This document shows positions 37,601-51,100 of a stretch of DNA of 64,000 nt, one piece after another. The position numbers and the translations under genes were made by a program. Below the pieces are notes generated by a model. The model was not told the origin of the DNA, ran no database searches, and was given only the letters and a program-made list of their open reading frames with translations. How positions within the stretch are numbered: position 1 is the first letter of the stretch; every line of letters begins with the position of its first letter. Location of the stretch: contig LPNZ01009306.1 in the NCBI GenBank assembly GCA_001655205.1, positions 11,902 through 75,901 of the forward strand, read 5' to 3'. The DNA comes from Lenisia limosa. Lineage: Eukaryota > Protista > Breviatea.

Positions 37601-38749
37601 AAGAATGATTAGCTCACAAGGATTTTGGACATGTAATTGACGGCCATGTTAGGACGGACGCTCTTGTCACTCCACCCTAGAGACGACGCCTTGTCCCACA
37701 GCTTCTGCGCCAGCTTTAAGCCTGCTACCTCAGCTTCAGGTGATCTGAGCATGAGCATTTCGTGCAAATTGCAGACCACAAAAGATAAATACCTTTTCAT
37801 ATTCCCCAAGAAAAGGCATACCTGAAGACGGGTAGAGATTTGAGGGCCGGGCGTGGAACGGCGGGTCCATCCAGGGCCCTCAGCATCGAGGACAGTCCAA
37901 TTTCGTCCCATTCGGCCTCGCACATCTCACCACTGCTGTGTAAGATCTTTTTTTCGCTGGAATAATAACTCACATTTTGCCGCTTGAGTCCACAGTGTCA
38001 ACTTTAATGGATCCTGTGTTGTTAGAAAAAGAGGGGAAGTTGGGATCGGGAATGAGCTAAACAAACCAGGGAAGGAAACTTCACAACGGACATCATGGTT
38101 TCTGAATGGTCACAATCTAAGAATACCCACACCATGAAACCACACACATATTAACGTTACCAAAGAAAATCCATCATACCTGAACGGATTATAAGTTCTG
38201 TAGATACCGTTTTTGATTCTGTATTGCCCAGAGCCGTACCAGGAAGCTGACTCGTGCATTGATACAAGCTGATGGTAATATGTTGTCAGTGAACTCAATT
38301 CAAGAAAATAAATGTAGTAAAAAAGTAATTACCTTACCTCTGAAAAATAAGCAGCCATGGAAGCAGGAGAGGAGACGTCCACACCAAGAACCCTATGACG
38401 TGAAAAAGGGAAACAATGGAAATTCGAGGAATTCGCATCAAATTTGTGGATAGGCACATCTCAGCTTGACGGAATCGCATTACCAGTGATAGTAGCCAGC
38501 ATCTTGGACCTTAGGCCGCATAAACTTTGGGAGGCTAGGCCTGTCGTGGACTTTCGTGAAATGGACTAAATCGGGAGGTCCCAGTCCTGTCCAAATTAGC
38601 CTCCTCATTATACCCAAAATCATTTAAAATTACTAAATTGGGCACAAACCTGATTGGAAAGCAGCAAGAGCAGAATCACGACAGGCATGGGACTCATTAA
38701 GATGATACTCTACTACCTCAGGAGTTCCATATATCACTTCAGACGCCAT
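34699..38749 (-). CDS. ChAPs-family protein (exomer cargo adaptor; Chs6/Bch1/Bch2/Bud7-like)
   Basis: N-terminal GLGPPDLVHFTK...GYYHWVLGVDVSSPASMAAY...GIYRTYNPF; C-terminal WLDQCFQAAFQDVRTFVHW...TSHEWHLLANLATRM. Confidence 0.8.
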
Positions 38750-38992
38750 TTTTCTGTCTGAGGATGTCACCAGTCCATTAAGACTCGGACGATCTTTCGC
38801 TTTTGTGAGCGGCTGCTTCGCAACTTTTGCTTAAATATTTGTTGTGTGTTGTTACTATCTCACTATCTCAAATATCTTGCCTCCCTCTGGGAGAGCAAAA
38901 CGGGGAAAAGAGGCAAAATATGGTTCTGCGTTCCCCTTTGATTTAAAACTATTAACCGCGACCGTTTACTTGTGTGTTTACAAAGCTTCAAT

Positions 38993-40740
38993 ATGTTGCT
39001 CCGAGCGGTGTTTAACCAAGCTTCGGGAACCATTAATCAGCTAATAGGCAGGGCTGCTCATAAGGTGAGTTTTTTCTTCTTCACAAAGTTCAAAGAAACA
39101 GCCTTATCTTCTAACTCTTAAGGTCATCACTCAGAATCTTGCTGAAAGTGTAGCATTTCAAAGATTTGCAGTGAGGTCACATAAGCAGGCAACCACCACT
39201 GCCAAAGAAGGTGGGTTTCTGGTCTTCAGTCTTTAGGCGGATTATCCAAAGCCGTTTTTACTCCCTTTCTATTCGCATTTCACTCGTATTTTGTTTTAAA
39301 ATTTCGCATTTTCCTTGTATTATTAGTTGTCTTGTATTTTAGATGATATAATTATGCTGACATTTTGCGCATATTCCTCACATTTATCAACATTAATGAA
39401 CTCATCAACTATTAAAATAGCCATGGACTAGTCATTGATTGATCTAGCTCTACTTTCAATTGAATATGACCTCTTTCTTGGTTCTTTTTGGTTCTTTTTG
39501 TTGTCATCCTCTTTTTTTTACCATGTAGCTACCAAAGCCTATAATCATCATAGCCAACAGATGGCCGGAAAGGTAGGAATTATCCTTTCATAATTGTTCA
39601 TGATACAGTGGTGAAATTTTCAATATTATACAGATTGTGAGAGTTGTTATGTCGTAGTTATGTACACATATAAGAGGTAATGCGAAAAAACAACTTTGTG
39701 CAAGTTTTATTTAGAGGGTTTTCTAGCCAGTTGTTGGTGTTGAGATTATGCGAAGACTTCTCCTCTGGGCCATTATACATAATATTTTTTGACTGGGTAC
39801 TTAATTTCCACGAATAAAGACTTATTAGAAGAGGAGAAAGTGAGGAGAGTAGATATTTTGATTGAGGAAAGAATTGTTCAGTTCGAGATGTCCTTCATTA
39901 CTGCTTCTAAATCCCCTTATTGTAATATTTTAATGTCAATGACGATGTTTGTGCTGAAGAGAGACTGCTGCCTTTTTTTCAAAAAAACTCGGCATAGCCC
40001 TTCAAAGGAAAAAAGGCATGCATATACAATAACAAATGATGTACAAATATTTGATGTCCAGTAACATTTGATTATTGGGACAACTCTAATACATCTGAGG
40101 ACAATCCGAAGAGAAAGTTGTTTTCAAAATCAGCTTCTCAGAGACTCTCTTTATCAGAAGACTTCGGAAGCGGAAAGTTGTTACTTCCGAACATAGTTTA
40201 CGGGACAAAGTTATTTTTGCATCACCTCTATAATAGTATCTGGGTCTTTTTATGGGAAATAACACTAAAGTTAGACCTTGACTTGCCTTGTGTTAAATCT
40301 TCATTACCTTTCAGGTGACCGAGACACCAGCATTTCAAAGACTAGAGCAAGCTGCAGACATTGCGGTACATAGTTTGAGGGGTTTAGTTTTTTGCCTTCG
40401 ACGTAACTTGGAAAACGGTCATTGTTTTTCTGTTTTGAAAGATATTTCATTTGTGTGAGATAACTAGCTCCTTATATTTTGAATGAATAGTATTTAATGA
40501 TTTTTGAACAACAGCTTTATGCTCAACTAAATTCTCCCCCCTTTTTTTTAACTTCGTAGATGTTGAGAAAGTTGGCAATATCCTTGAAGGCTTTGGTGAT
40601 GCTTTTACTCAGAAACTCTCAGAAGGAATAAACTCAGCAGAAGATGTAAGAGAGATTATTTGTTTGAAGCTTTTTATAACAGAAGGTATCTCTAACTGCT
40701 TTAGATAATCTCAGAGGCGAAGGACAAAACATACAGGTGA
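38993..40740 (+). CDS. Small hypothetical protein with an LAESVAFQRFAVRS motif
   Basis: Spliced MLLRAVFNQASGTINQLIGRAAHKVITQNLAESVAFQRFAVRSHKQ...; as I recall, the LA.S..FQRFA motif occurs in a family of small uncharacterised eukaryotic proteins. Confidence 0.55.
39671..40230. mobile_element. MITE family A, copy 2, complete (about 560 bp), intronic
   Basis: Left TIR TAAGAGGTAATGCGAAAAAACAACTTTGT; right TIR (reverse complement) TAGAGGTGATGCAAAAATAACTTTGT at 40205-40230; TA on both flanks. Confidence 0.75.
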
Positions 40741-40892
40741 TATCTATTTTGACAATAATATGATAATCGATATATGATATATTATGACATAATTATTTCA
40801 GGGCTTTTCATTTCAAAATAAACTACATTATGTAATAATTACATTGCAACCTAACACAATAGTTACACTACAAGACCATACAATAAACACCT

Positions 40893-43800
40893 TCAATCCG
40901 AACATCCACAATCCATGTCACTCACTGGACCAATGCCAGGTTGTGACATATTTGATCGTTGACTTGAATTTAAGTCAGACGCACTTCCGGATTGCTGACT
41001 ATTGAGAGATCGAGATGATGACGAAAGTGCTGCAATTTCTTCATCTTTGTATTGACTCCTCATAAGCCTGTACATGAGATATTGAACACATCCAGGCAAC
41101 AAACCTCCTTGCAGTCACTGCAGCAGGAGCGTGGGACTTAGGGAGTTTAATTTCTGCCACTTGGTGCTGCAAGCCTGGTGAGCGCATTATCAGTGACGCC
41201 TGAAGAGTAAAGTACCAAGGAACAGGCCATACCTTCACCAATACTTCTTCCGCTGTTTCACGCTTGCTTTCAGACTCAGATATCCCCTTTTGGTAGTTAT
41301 GAATCTAAGAATTTAGTGAGACGGTGGGTCGCAGAGTCAAATCAAACAACGCCACCCCCACCAAAGTCCTAAACTCTTGAAGCTCATCATCTCTTCGCGC
41401 AGCAAGAACCTCCAGTCTTCGTCGCATAATAGCTGCCTCGGATTCAGCTGTCAAAGCATTGGCCGCAGCCTCTGCCATTTCCTTGACGGTCACTACAGTA
41501 ATCCCGTTCAGTATCCCTTAAATGGGAAAAACCAAACTAAATGGTTGTGGTGATAAACAGCGAAAGAAAAAAAAACAAAGGGAGGGGGGAGTAAAACGAA
41601 GGAAATTTCGATGAAGAATATTGGCGNNNNNNNNNNNNNNNNNNNNNNNNNNNNNNNNNNNNNNNNNNNNNNNNNNNNNNNNNNNNNNNNNNNNNNNNNN
41701 NNNNNNNNNNNNNNNNNNNNNNNNNNNNNNNNNNNNNNNNNNNNNNNNNNNNNNNNNNNNNNNNNNNNNNNNNNNNNNNNNNNNNNNNNNNNNNNNNNNN
41801 NNNNNNNNNNNNNNNNNNNNNNNNNNNNNNNNNNNNNNNNNNNNNNNNNNNNNNNNNNNNNNNNNNNNNNNNNNNNNNNNNNNNNNNNNNNNNNNNNNNN
41901 NNNNNNNNNNNNNNNNNNNNNNNNNNNNNNNNNNNNNNNNNNNNNNNNNCAAAAACAAGCCCGAGAGAGCCTTTGAAGTGTCCTACCACCGCTCGATCAC
42001 CCAAACGTACCTGTAAGGCGTTAAAAAGTAAGGGAAATATTATTAACGGTCACAACCCAATCATAACGCTTAGAGCCGTCCCAAGCATACGACCCCCGAG
42101 GACAAAAAGATATATCACCTATCAGCGTCTCACCTCCTCTGCAGCTTTTTTGGCGAGACGGTTTCCTTTTACTTCTTTTCGGAGCAACTGCCTAGTTAGT
42201 GCATATTGCATGAAGAAAACTAACAATAGTTTCTCTTTCGAGATGTTTAAATGCGCTTTGGGCAGTTAGCGCTTCTGCCATTGCCATTTGAACTTGCTGC
42301 TCATTACTTAGGTCCTACTGTGGTCAAAGGAGAAGATATTTTCAAAGTGCAACAACTGCCATGCCCCATCTCACTGCAGTTTGTGTACCACAATGGGTTT
42401 GTCTAGTAGTTAATTTTGAGAGCAAGTGTTCACTTTCGTATCGAGAATCCTGAAACATCATCAAATATCACTTCTAAAGCTACCTCAATGTCCTTGTCAG
42501 CGAGATTCAACAGGGCGGTATGTGTCTGAGAAGTAAAAAAAAGAGAGAATTACATAAAAAAAAACCCTCTTCCATCCATTCGAACCTGTCGAAGCTCTTC
42601 CAAATGGCCTACTTCAAGAGTTAGGCTCTCAATCTACGCAATAAAAAATTATCTTAATCTCGATCCCGAACTCAGATCCAGAACAAACCTGAGATTTCAG
42701 TCTTTCCATGAGCCTTGAGTTTTCATCAGTTGTTGCCTCAAAATTTTTTTTCAACTAGAAGATTAGGTGTTGTGTACGGTAATAAGGCAAACTTGTTTTG
42801 AATATCTCTTTAATTTGTCTTTCTTAGCAGTCACAGAATTGAGTTGAAGACCCAATGTTTCATTCTGCATAATTAATGAAATAAACATATCATATTTATA
42901 TGTATAAATAAATTTCATCAGAAACATTGAAAACAAAACAGACCTGACTGGCAAGTTTAGATACCTCATTGGTAAGCTGAACAATGGTGTCTTCTGAGCA
43001 TTTCTGTGCAGCATCAGCTTGAGATTGAAGTTCAATATGGTCAGTCCTCAAAGCCGCGACTCTTTCTGCTTCGCTGCCTGCTGCTGCTTCTAACTCAGAA
43101 ATACGTGCACGGTAGAACGAAACCTCATCTTCAAGGGATTGTGTCTATTTCATGAGTTTCTTCTTAACCCAACACAACCTCAAGAAAAATGGTACAAATC
43201 AAGTGTAATACAATATGCTATCGATATATTATATAATATGATCAAACACTGTTGTAAGAAATTGTTTTATTATTTTTTTAAAAATAAACCCCAAAGAAAA
43301 ATAATAAGGAGTGAGACAAAACAAAATCGCCGAGTTGACTAGCCAACTTTTGCAGCATTGGCCAGAACTTGGCTTTCGGCTATGGTTGCTCTCATTTCAC
43401 TCTCTTCCAACTAAATATGCATGAGCAAGTTTATCTTTGTATACCGCTCACATCCAGATTGGTACGATTCAAGGCTGCGGCAAGAGAATCTGCTCTTGCT
43501 TGTACCTCTGAAAGACGGCCTGCACTTGCATTTGACTAAGTTGTTAAAAACAACACAGACAAACAGTGCCTTACCTTAACTCTCAATCCCGCCATTTCTC
43601 TTTCAGAGGCAACAAGAGCTGCATTTGCTTCGGCAGCTTTACGCCGACAATTCTCGGCTGAAAGATTCGTGAAACTTTGGAAAAGTCAACAAACCTTCAG
43701 TCATGGCTGCTCGTCTACTTGCAACTGATTCTCGCCTGCATGCATCCGACTTATCCGCTACAGGGGTGAAGTGAACTCTTGTCAATTCTTCAGTCTTACC

Positions 43801-44874
43801 TGCAGCTTTGAAAGATTGAACTCTCTTGGCTTCCGCTCGGGCTTCTCCAATAGCAACATCTCTTCCAATGGCCATTTCCTGAACCTTGGCCATAAACACT
43901 AAACAAAAAAACTGTTTTTTCACAATTATTCGATAATTGTCGAAACTGAAGAAGCAAACTTATTATAGATACCAAACAGGGAGCATTTTCCTACCTGAGC
44001 TTTAGCTGTTGCAGCATTGGCTCGAGAGACATTCAAAGCTGATGTCAACGCTTCAACCTACATGGTCACGTTTGCCTGACATTTCTGTCTTGAAGCTTTA
44101 GCCATACCTCCCGCGCCAAATTGCTGTTAGACTCGGACGCTATATCCAAGGCACGGGCAAGAGCAGCTAAATTGGCTGCCGGGTCCTGGAAGGTCAACAG
44201 AGTAATCAAATGAAAATCAAACAGCGAAGGAAGTCAAGAAATAGACTTCGGTGACATAAATAAGGCATACTTGTGAGGTGAGTTCCAATTGCATTAAAAG
44301 AGTTTGTCCAGATAAAACTGGTTGAATAGAAGACCTGAACTGGTTATTTCTCTTTAATATATTTTATCGTAAACAATGAAAATGGGACCGACCGCCTGCT
44401 CCAGGGACGTGGCGAAGGGGCCAAAAGGGACGATGATGATGATGAACGGCCAGTAGCTGCGATAGTCAGAAGCAAGGATTTTATAATATAATAAAAGGTC
44501 AGTTCACGATATCAGACCCCATAGGGGGTTACTCAATCACAGAAAAAAGGAAACAATCAAAACGAAGACTTACGTGGAGGGGATGAGAACTGGGGGCGGG
44601 GGGGAAGAGGGGACATGGGTGTGCTTCGCTGAAATATGAATATGTTTTTGTTTCCTACTTGCGACGATGGGGAGGCAGATCTACTGGACTGTACAGAGTC
44701 GGAGTAGGGTTGTCTGGACGATTACTTAAAACACAAATGTACCCACTCATCTTCCAACTCTGAAGCTAAAGCAGTTTTGGGGGACACTAAACGTAAGATT
44801 AAATAAAGACATGACTCACCACAATTTTCCCAATGAAATTCTTCTGATTCTTGAACAGTGTCAAGAGAATCCAT
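40893..44874 (-). CDS. Hypothetical coiled-coil protein (multi-exon, interrupted by an N gap)
   Basis: Starts MDSLDTVQESEEFHWENC; Ala/Glu/Arg heptad-rich exons (MAIGRDVAIGEARAEAKRVQSF; EMAEAAANALTAESEAAIMRRRLEVLAARRDDELQEF); minus-strand GT-AG introns. Confidence 0.55.
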
Positions 44875-45151
44875 TGTGTTGGAGCACTGCTGGGCTGAAG
44901 CTGTGATCCGATAAAAGTAAGCAGGCTAGGCCAAGCTGCTGTAAAGTTATGATAATTTTTTACCGTTCATCAACATTATTTCAATTTTCGAGCAGAAGAG
45001 AAAGGGGGGAAGAGGACAGGGTAAGGCAATGAACCTTAATGTATCAAAGATTTTTAAAATGAAACTGTCGTCAAACTGTGTCGCGATAAGAGATTAAGAG
45101 AGATATAGATAAAAGGAGCAGGGGCAGGAGAAAGGAGAAAAGTCCTGAGAG

Positions 45152-45187
45152 AAGTGCGCCGCAAAGGCCTGAAAGAAAAGTGCGCCG
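45152..45187 (+). promoter_or_regulatory. Tandem AAGTGCGCC motif upstream of RPS11
   Basis: Copies at 45152 and 45178; the reverse-complement core GCGCACTT occurs at 59820 upstream of RPL29. Confidence 0.3.
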
Positions 45188-45310
45188 AAAAGTTGAAACA
45201 TTAATTTCGTAATTTCTTCAATATGAACTGAACTACAGTCATCCAGTTTTTGTCCTTTTATTCGGGTTTTTTTCAGTTTTCCACCTCTTTTAACTCCCCC
45301 GAGAAGTAAA

Positions 45311-46089
45311 ATGTCTTCTAACGTTGGTGAGGTCCAGGTAGGTACTAGAAGTAACATAGAACATTGAAATAATGACCTAGGTCGAAAAGGCTTTCCAGAA
45401 GCAGCAATGCGTCTTCCTTAACAGCAAGAAGGCTCTTGGTAAGCTTGTAATGAAAAAGTAACATATTTGGCCTGTGTTTTTTTGTATGAAGTTGCTAATG
45501 ACTTATCTCATGCTTTCTAGCTAAGAAGACTGGCAAGAAGGCACGTTTCGTCAAGAAGGTTGGTCTTGGTTTCAAGACTCCCGCTACCGCTGTTGAGGGT
45601 ACCTACATTGACAAGAAGTGCCCCTTCACTGGTATGTTATTCACATATGTTTAAGCAAAGCAGAACTTTTAGAATACATGAGATTTTTGATGGGGTGTTT
45701 ATGACTTGCGTAGGCAACGTTTCCATCCGTGGCCGCATCCTTAAGGGTGTCGTTACCTCCACCAAGATGAAGCGCACTATTGTCATCCGTCGTGATTACC
45801 TCCACTTCGTCCCCAAGTACCAACGGTGTGCTTTTAAAAAAAATTGGAGCCTAATTAACACATTTAGTTATGAGAAGCGCCACAAGAAGATCTCTTGCCA
45901 TTGCTCTCCTGCCTTCCCCAAGGTGAACGAAGGTGATATCGCCACCGTTGGCCAGTGCCGGTAAGCAAACTAATTTTTATTATTATTATTAACTCAATTA
46001 GTCCTCTTTCCAAGACTGTCCGTTTCAACGTTCTCAAGGTCGATTCCGTCACCAAGTTCGGTGCCAAGAAGCAGTTCCGTATGTTCTAA
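45311..46089 (+). CDS. RPS11: 40S ribosomal protein S11 (uS17), 6 exons
   Basis: EKAFQKQ...[67 protein letters not shown]...[17 protein letters not shown]...KKQFRMF*. Confidence 0.97.
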
Positions 46090-46334
46090 GCATTTCCCAA
46101 TGCCCTTCTCAATGGAGTTCCCCACCCAACATTTGGCTCCTTTCTCTCCCTATATTAATGAAAGCACGTAATTATATGCGGATATCTTGGGGCTGTATTC
46201 ACTTCCTTGTGCTTTCTCTTATTTCCGATAGCCCATGAAAGAAGTTAAATAAATATACATATTATTCGGTTGAAGATTTAAATGCAGATGGCATCATTTT
46301 CCTAGCTTTGCCTGAGATCATTTCGAGGTTAATG

Positions 46335-47053
46335 TTAGGCCAGCTTTTTGGGATGGGGATGGAGGGGAGTCGTGGAGCATCAAAGCTAAACAAATGAATA
46401 TCTGGTCTGAAAACATTAAAGAACAATAACACAAATCACACCACCAACACAATTCGAGATTCCTCGTATCTTCTTCCCGCCATGAACCCAACACCCATTG
46501 AGCTGCAAGCCAGCACCACGCTTGGCCTTTCTAAACAAGAGTCAAAAATACAAAAGACAATGAACATTATAATACCTCACCATACAAAGTGATTGTGATA
46601 TGGTGTTTATATTTATAAACCTAGGACAATCTGAACGGAATATATTAAATTTAGCTTGTGACGCTGTATTGACATATCAACAGTCAACAGCTGGGATGAG
46701 ATACATCACATGGATGTCATGCCAACCAGTCGCAAAATATTGGTTTTTGAAAGAAATATAAATTCACATAACAAACACAAGATTTTGATTTGATAAGAAA
46801 TTTCTGGATATATTAACATTAGAATACATGTCCCAAAAAGAAAAAGAACTGAGAATTCCAAAATAAAATGAAGTTTTTACCCGCACCCACTTGTAACCAA
46901 AAGGACACTAGCTCCAATCACTGCACCAACAGTCACGCCAATTACAGTTCTTGTCACCAAGTAATCAACTCGCTATAGACGGAATCAAGGAGAGAAAAAT
47001 GAACCATATAAAATACAATACAAAACCAATATATCAATGGTAAAGTGAACAAA

Positions 47054-47123
<70 letters not shown>

Positions 47124-47214
47124 TTTCCACTGAATACAAAAAACAAGTTTAGTATTGGGGCCTTTTTCTTTACTTTCTCACCTTTTCTGAATCAATGCAA
47201 GGGCTGACTGTCAT
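46335..47214 (-). CDS. MIC10: MICOS subunit Mic10 (MINOS1)-like small membrane protein
   Basis: Spliced MTVSPCIDSEKRVDYLVTRTVIGVTVGAVIGASVLLVTKRPSVVLACSSMGVGFMAGRRYEESRIVFDAPRLPSIPIPKKLA*: two Gly-motif TM segments joined by a KR loop. Absent from the ORF track. Confidence 0.6.
47059..47119 (+). repeat. (AG)n microsatellite, about 30 units, in MIC10 intron 1
   Basis: Perfect dinucleotide run. Confidence 0.95.
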
Positions 47215-47592
47215 TCTCTGAAAAAGGAAGGAAGGAAGGTCTGAGGGGTAAGTCTACAACACACTGGGGAAAAATACTATATCGTTATTTGGGGGGGGAC
47301 TGTGTTGCACCTGTATTGGCAATGTTGGGGTGTTGTTTGGGTTTTGTTTTGGGAAGAAAAGACAGAGGGGAGAGGGAGGAGGAGAAGAGAGACTGGGCTG
47401 AGACTGGGGGCACTGGGGGCGCCAACTGCATCAAAAGCAGCACAAGGGGGGTATATAATAGTCACGTGATTAATACTATTTAAATGTTGTTTTTTTAAAA
47501 AATAACCTTTTTCCAGGACAGTGTTGCCTATTTGGAGTATTCATTTGCCTCTTCATAGCGTGTCAAAACCTGGATAGATATTGGTGTATAAT

Positions 47593-47995
47593 CTATTCTT
47601 TTGCTTTCTGAGCTTCTCTGCTCTAGTCTGTTGAGTAGTACCACCGAGATTTCCACCATTTACATGTTCCTTTCCTAAAACAAAAACAGCACATGACAAA
47701 TCTAACATCTTTCTTACCTGCTCTTCTTTTGACAGCTCTCTTGCTCCCTTCTGACTCTTCTTCTGTTTTGAAAGTGAAGGAGGAAGTTGCGTGCTGCCTC
47801 CTGTGATATCTTCACTTTTTCTTTTTCAGTCTCTTCTCCAAATGTAATCAAGGAGAAACTGACTGGAAACAGAGAAGCTGATAGTCAAAACAACATCACA
47901 CAATCGTAAGCTCCGACAATAATATTTTTCATTTTCCAATCCATCGAGGTTATAAATTTTGTATATGCTTTCTTCCAGCTCCACACACCGAACTC
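47593..47995 (-). CDS. Possible small spliced gene; reading frame unresolved
   Basis: Strong minus-strand intron (GTAAGA...TTTTAG, about 47676-47718) with open charged exon segments; no confident full model. Confidence 0.3.
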
Positions 47996-48156
47996 ACGAG
48001 AGTAAATAAATATTATGTTTATATGTTACTATAACATAACGCTAGTGCGAACGCCAATCAGTCAAACTTAAATTCTCGGTGAGAATTAGGGCTGAATAAA
48101 TAGAAACAACACATAATACTACAGTACTTTTTTGCGCTGTCCTGCGTTCTTTCTAA

Positions 48157-51100
48157 TCAGAGTACCCCGGCGCGCTTCTTCAGATATGCTACAACAGCAG
48201 ACGGTGGTTTACCAAGAACAGGGCGCATTCGTCTAAAAGTTGTCGGGTTGGTTCCATTCCTACCTTAGCGGATTTCCATCCACAGCAACTGCCCTCAAGT
48301 TTGGCAGCCGGCCTAGCTCATTCGGCTAAAGTGTCACGTGGAATCGGCAAACTTACAAGGTCTGTGAGATCATTGTTTTCAAGGGAGAGGGAGGTTAGCG
48401 CTACGGCAGCGTCAGCAGGTGGAATTCGGCTCAATTGATTGTTGGCAAGATTCACCTCCTGAAAATTTGATAACATAAGTCATCCTGTATCAAAAAGTCC
48501 ACTATTTACAAGCAAGATAAATCTGTCAAGAAACCCCCCAAGTCCACAAACTGTGAGATTTGGTAAGTCATCAAATAAGCAGCTTGGCAGGTCTCTGATA
48601 CGACAGAATGACAGGTCAAGATGCCTGGAAGTGTGACAAAAATGGGTAAGCATATAATGTACGACCAAGCATGTTTTATTCAGCATGACCATACAAGAGG
48701 GTTTGAATTGGACGAAGATCGGGAGGAAGCATTACGGAGTTGTTGTGGCTCAAGTTCAAATGTTTTAGGCCTACGATGTCAAATTAATAAAAGCTATGTT
48801 TGCAATACATGCTAATACAATCAGGAAATGACTTAGAAATAAGGTTACATGGTGAGAGCTCACTTGGGGTGTTATTGAGGTCATGAAGCTCAGAAATAGA
48901 GTTGAACGCAGCTGAAAGAACGGATAAGTTTGGTAAGGACGGAAGGCGGAGGGCAGAGATTCGGTTACGATCTATTGTCAAAGAAGCCAAAGAAGCCTGG
49001 CATGCATCTAAATCTTGAGGAACCTGCGGGGAGGGGAGGGGGGTCAGGAGCTTTCAATTTTGCTGCATGACACCCAAATGGAAATGACTCAAATTATGCA
49101 TCAGAGACAGAATCACTTTGAACAAAAGTCATGGTTACCCACTTCAGTCAAACTCAGGTTTGTGAGACTCAATCTTTTCAGTTGATGCGTAAAGATGTCT
49201 TTTGGCACATCTGCTGCACTAAATCCATGGTCCTGTTAAATCAATGTGTTTAATACTAATAAGTTATAAAGATATATGCTTATTATTATGAGACCAAGCC
49301 GATTTGACCACACCTTTCCATCAATGCAGACTGTATCTGAAGGACTATTACGGGTGACTTGAGTGGCCACTTCTGATCGCTGTTCTTCCATTTCTGCACA
49401 ATCAGTACTATCAATTGCAAATTACGGAAATAATGTGTTCAAGGATTTTTTTTTTGGATATTTCGTGTTACGCATTATGATTAGAAAGGCCCTCCAATAA
49501 AACTCGAATGCTGTGTTAGTTGAGACCCAAGGAAATGCCCCAATAACAGCCCCAATCAGACAAGAAGTGATAACGAATCGCATCCCACCCAGTTGGTCAA
49601 TAGGCAGCCGATTCCTGAGCGTCTTGAGAACAGTTTGCGTTTGCCCCGATTGCAAGGCTGCTCTCAGTGACTTCAATGGGTTTCCACCCTGTAAACTAAG
49701 ATAAAGCAAGGATAAATAATATAAAGGTTATTCTGATCCACCTTACACAAGAGAGCACATTGATAGTCATTACTAAAAAGTAAATAGGAGAATCAAATTG
49801 CATACCAAGTCCCAGTTCTGGTGGCAAGTCTCTCAAATCATTGTCGGTCTACATCGTAAGAAACTGAAAATTTTGCGCCCTTAACAGAAAACTATCCCTA
49901 ATGCCTTTCCAATCCTTCAACAAGACCTACAAGATCTAATATTTTAAGACTCTTCATTTTGCGGCACCCTTCAGGTAGGAATTTTATTCTACATTATTAA
50001 CATTTGTTTTAAATAAATAGTTTTAATAACCCGAACCCAATTACTGATTTTTTCTGAAATCAACATGTGTCAAATTGGGCAAATTGTAAAGAGAATCTAA
50101 ATATTAACACAATCACAACAAGAAACTTTCTGAAAAAGGCGAAGCCAAATGATTACTTACCAGAAACACTTTTGATGTAGTTGTGCCCTGCATGAAGTTC
50201 AATAAGGCCTTTGAGTGATCCAATATCTGAGGGTCTTGTGAGGAATGTAATGCCACCTTACAACAGTACAATTCACTAAAACTAAAAACAACACAATCTA
50301 TTATTATTTCTAACCGCTTAGAGTAGTAAGAAGATTATTTCCAAGGTGAAGATCTTTCACTTTCTCCAAGCCTTCAAAACCCTAAAAAAATGTCATCCAA
50401 GAATAAATTTGAATTTGTTTGGTGGGGCTCAAATCATTTGGAAAATAATTGTGATTGAGAGAAATACACTGTTGTGTAGCAATTTATCGATGAATGAAAG
50501 TATGAGAGGTACCTTTGGGAGATTGCGGATAGAATTATGACTCAGATTGACATAAGTGAGACTTGGCATTTCCCTGAGCCCTTCTATTGCGGAAAGTTCA
50601 CAGTGACTCAGATCCTGGAGGGTAAAGAATAATACAACTTATTGGATTTGGGAGCAACATACTAAGGTAACAAGCTTCGGAAAGGGTACAGAAAAGTCAG
50701 TAATGCTGGTATGTGACAGAATAAGCTCGGTTAAATCCTTCATATGCCTAGAATGTGAATCAAAGACTTATACACTACCATAGGACTAGATTCCTCCAAT
50801 CCAATCCTCTACCCTGCAAACAATATTGAACTCCAAACGCTATTCCTCAAGGGGTTGTAACTCGCATCCAAAGTACCTACCTATTGAATAAAAGAAAGAG
50901 AGTTAATAACCATATCAAAATACAGCAAAACGAAAATAGCCCACATTTGTCTGATTCAGGTCTTCTGGTAGGTTTTTGAGCTTGTTGTGGCCTAGGTTCA
51001 ATGATTTAAGGAGTGTCAGATTTGACAGTCCTAAAGGCATTTCTGTCTGAAAAGGTCACAAGAACAACAGAAACTACCAAAATACAGACAAGTCAAAAAA

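Noticed and set aside
41626-41949. Long ORFs spanning this and other N runs
   Set aside because: Artefacts of translating N as X.
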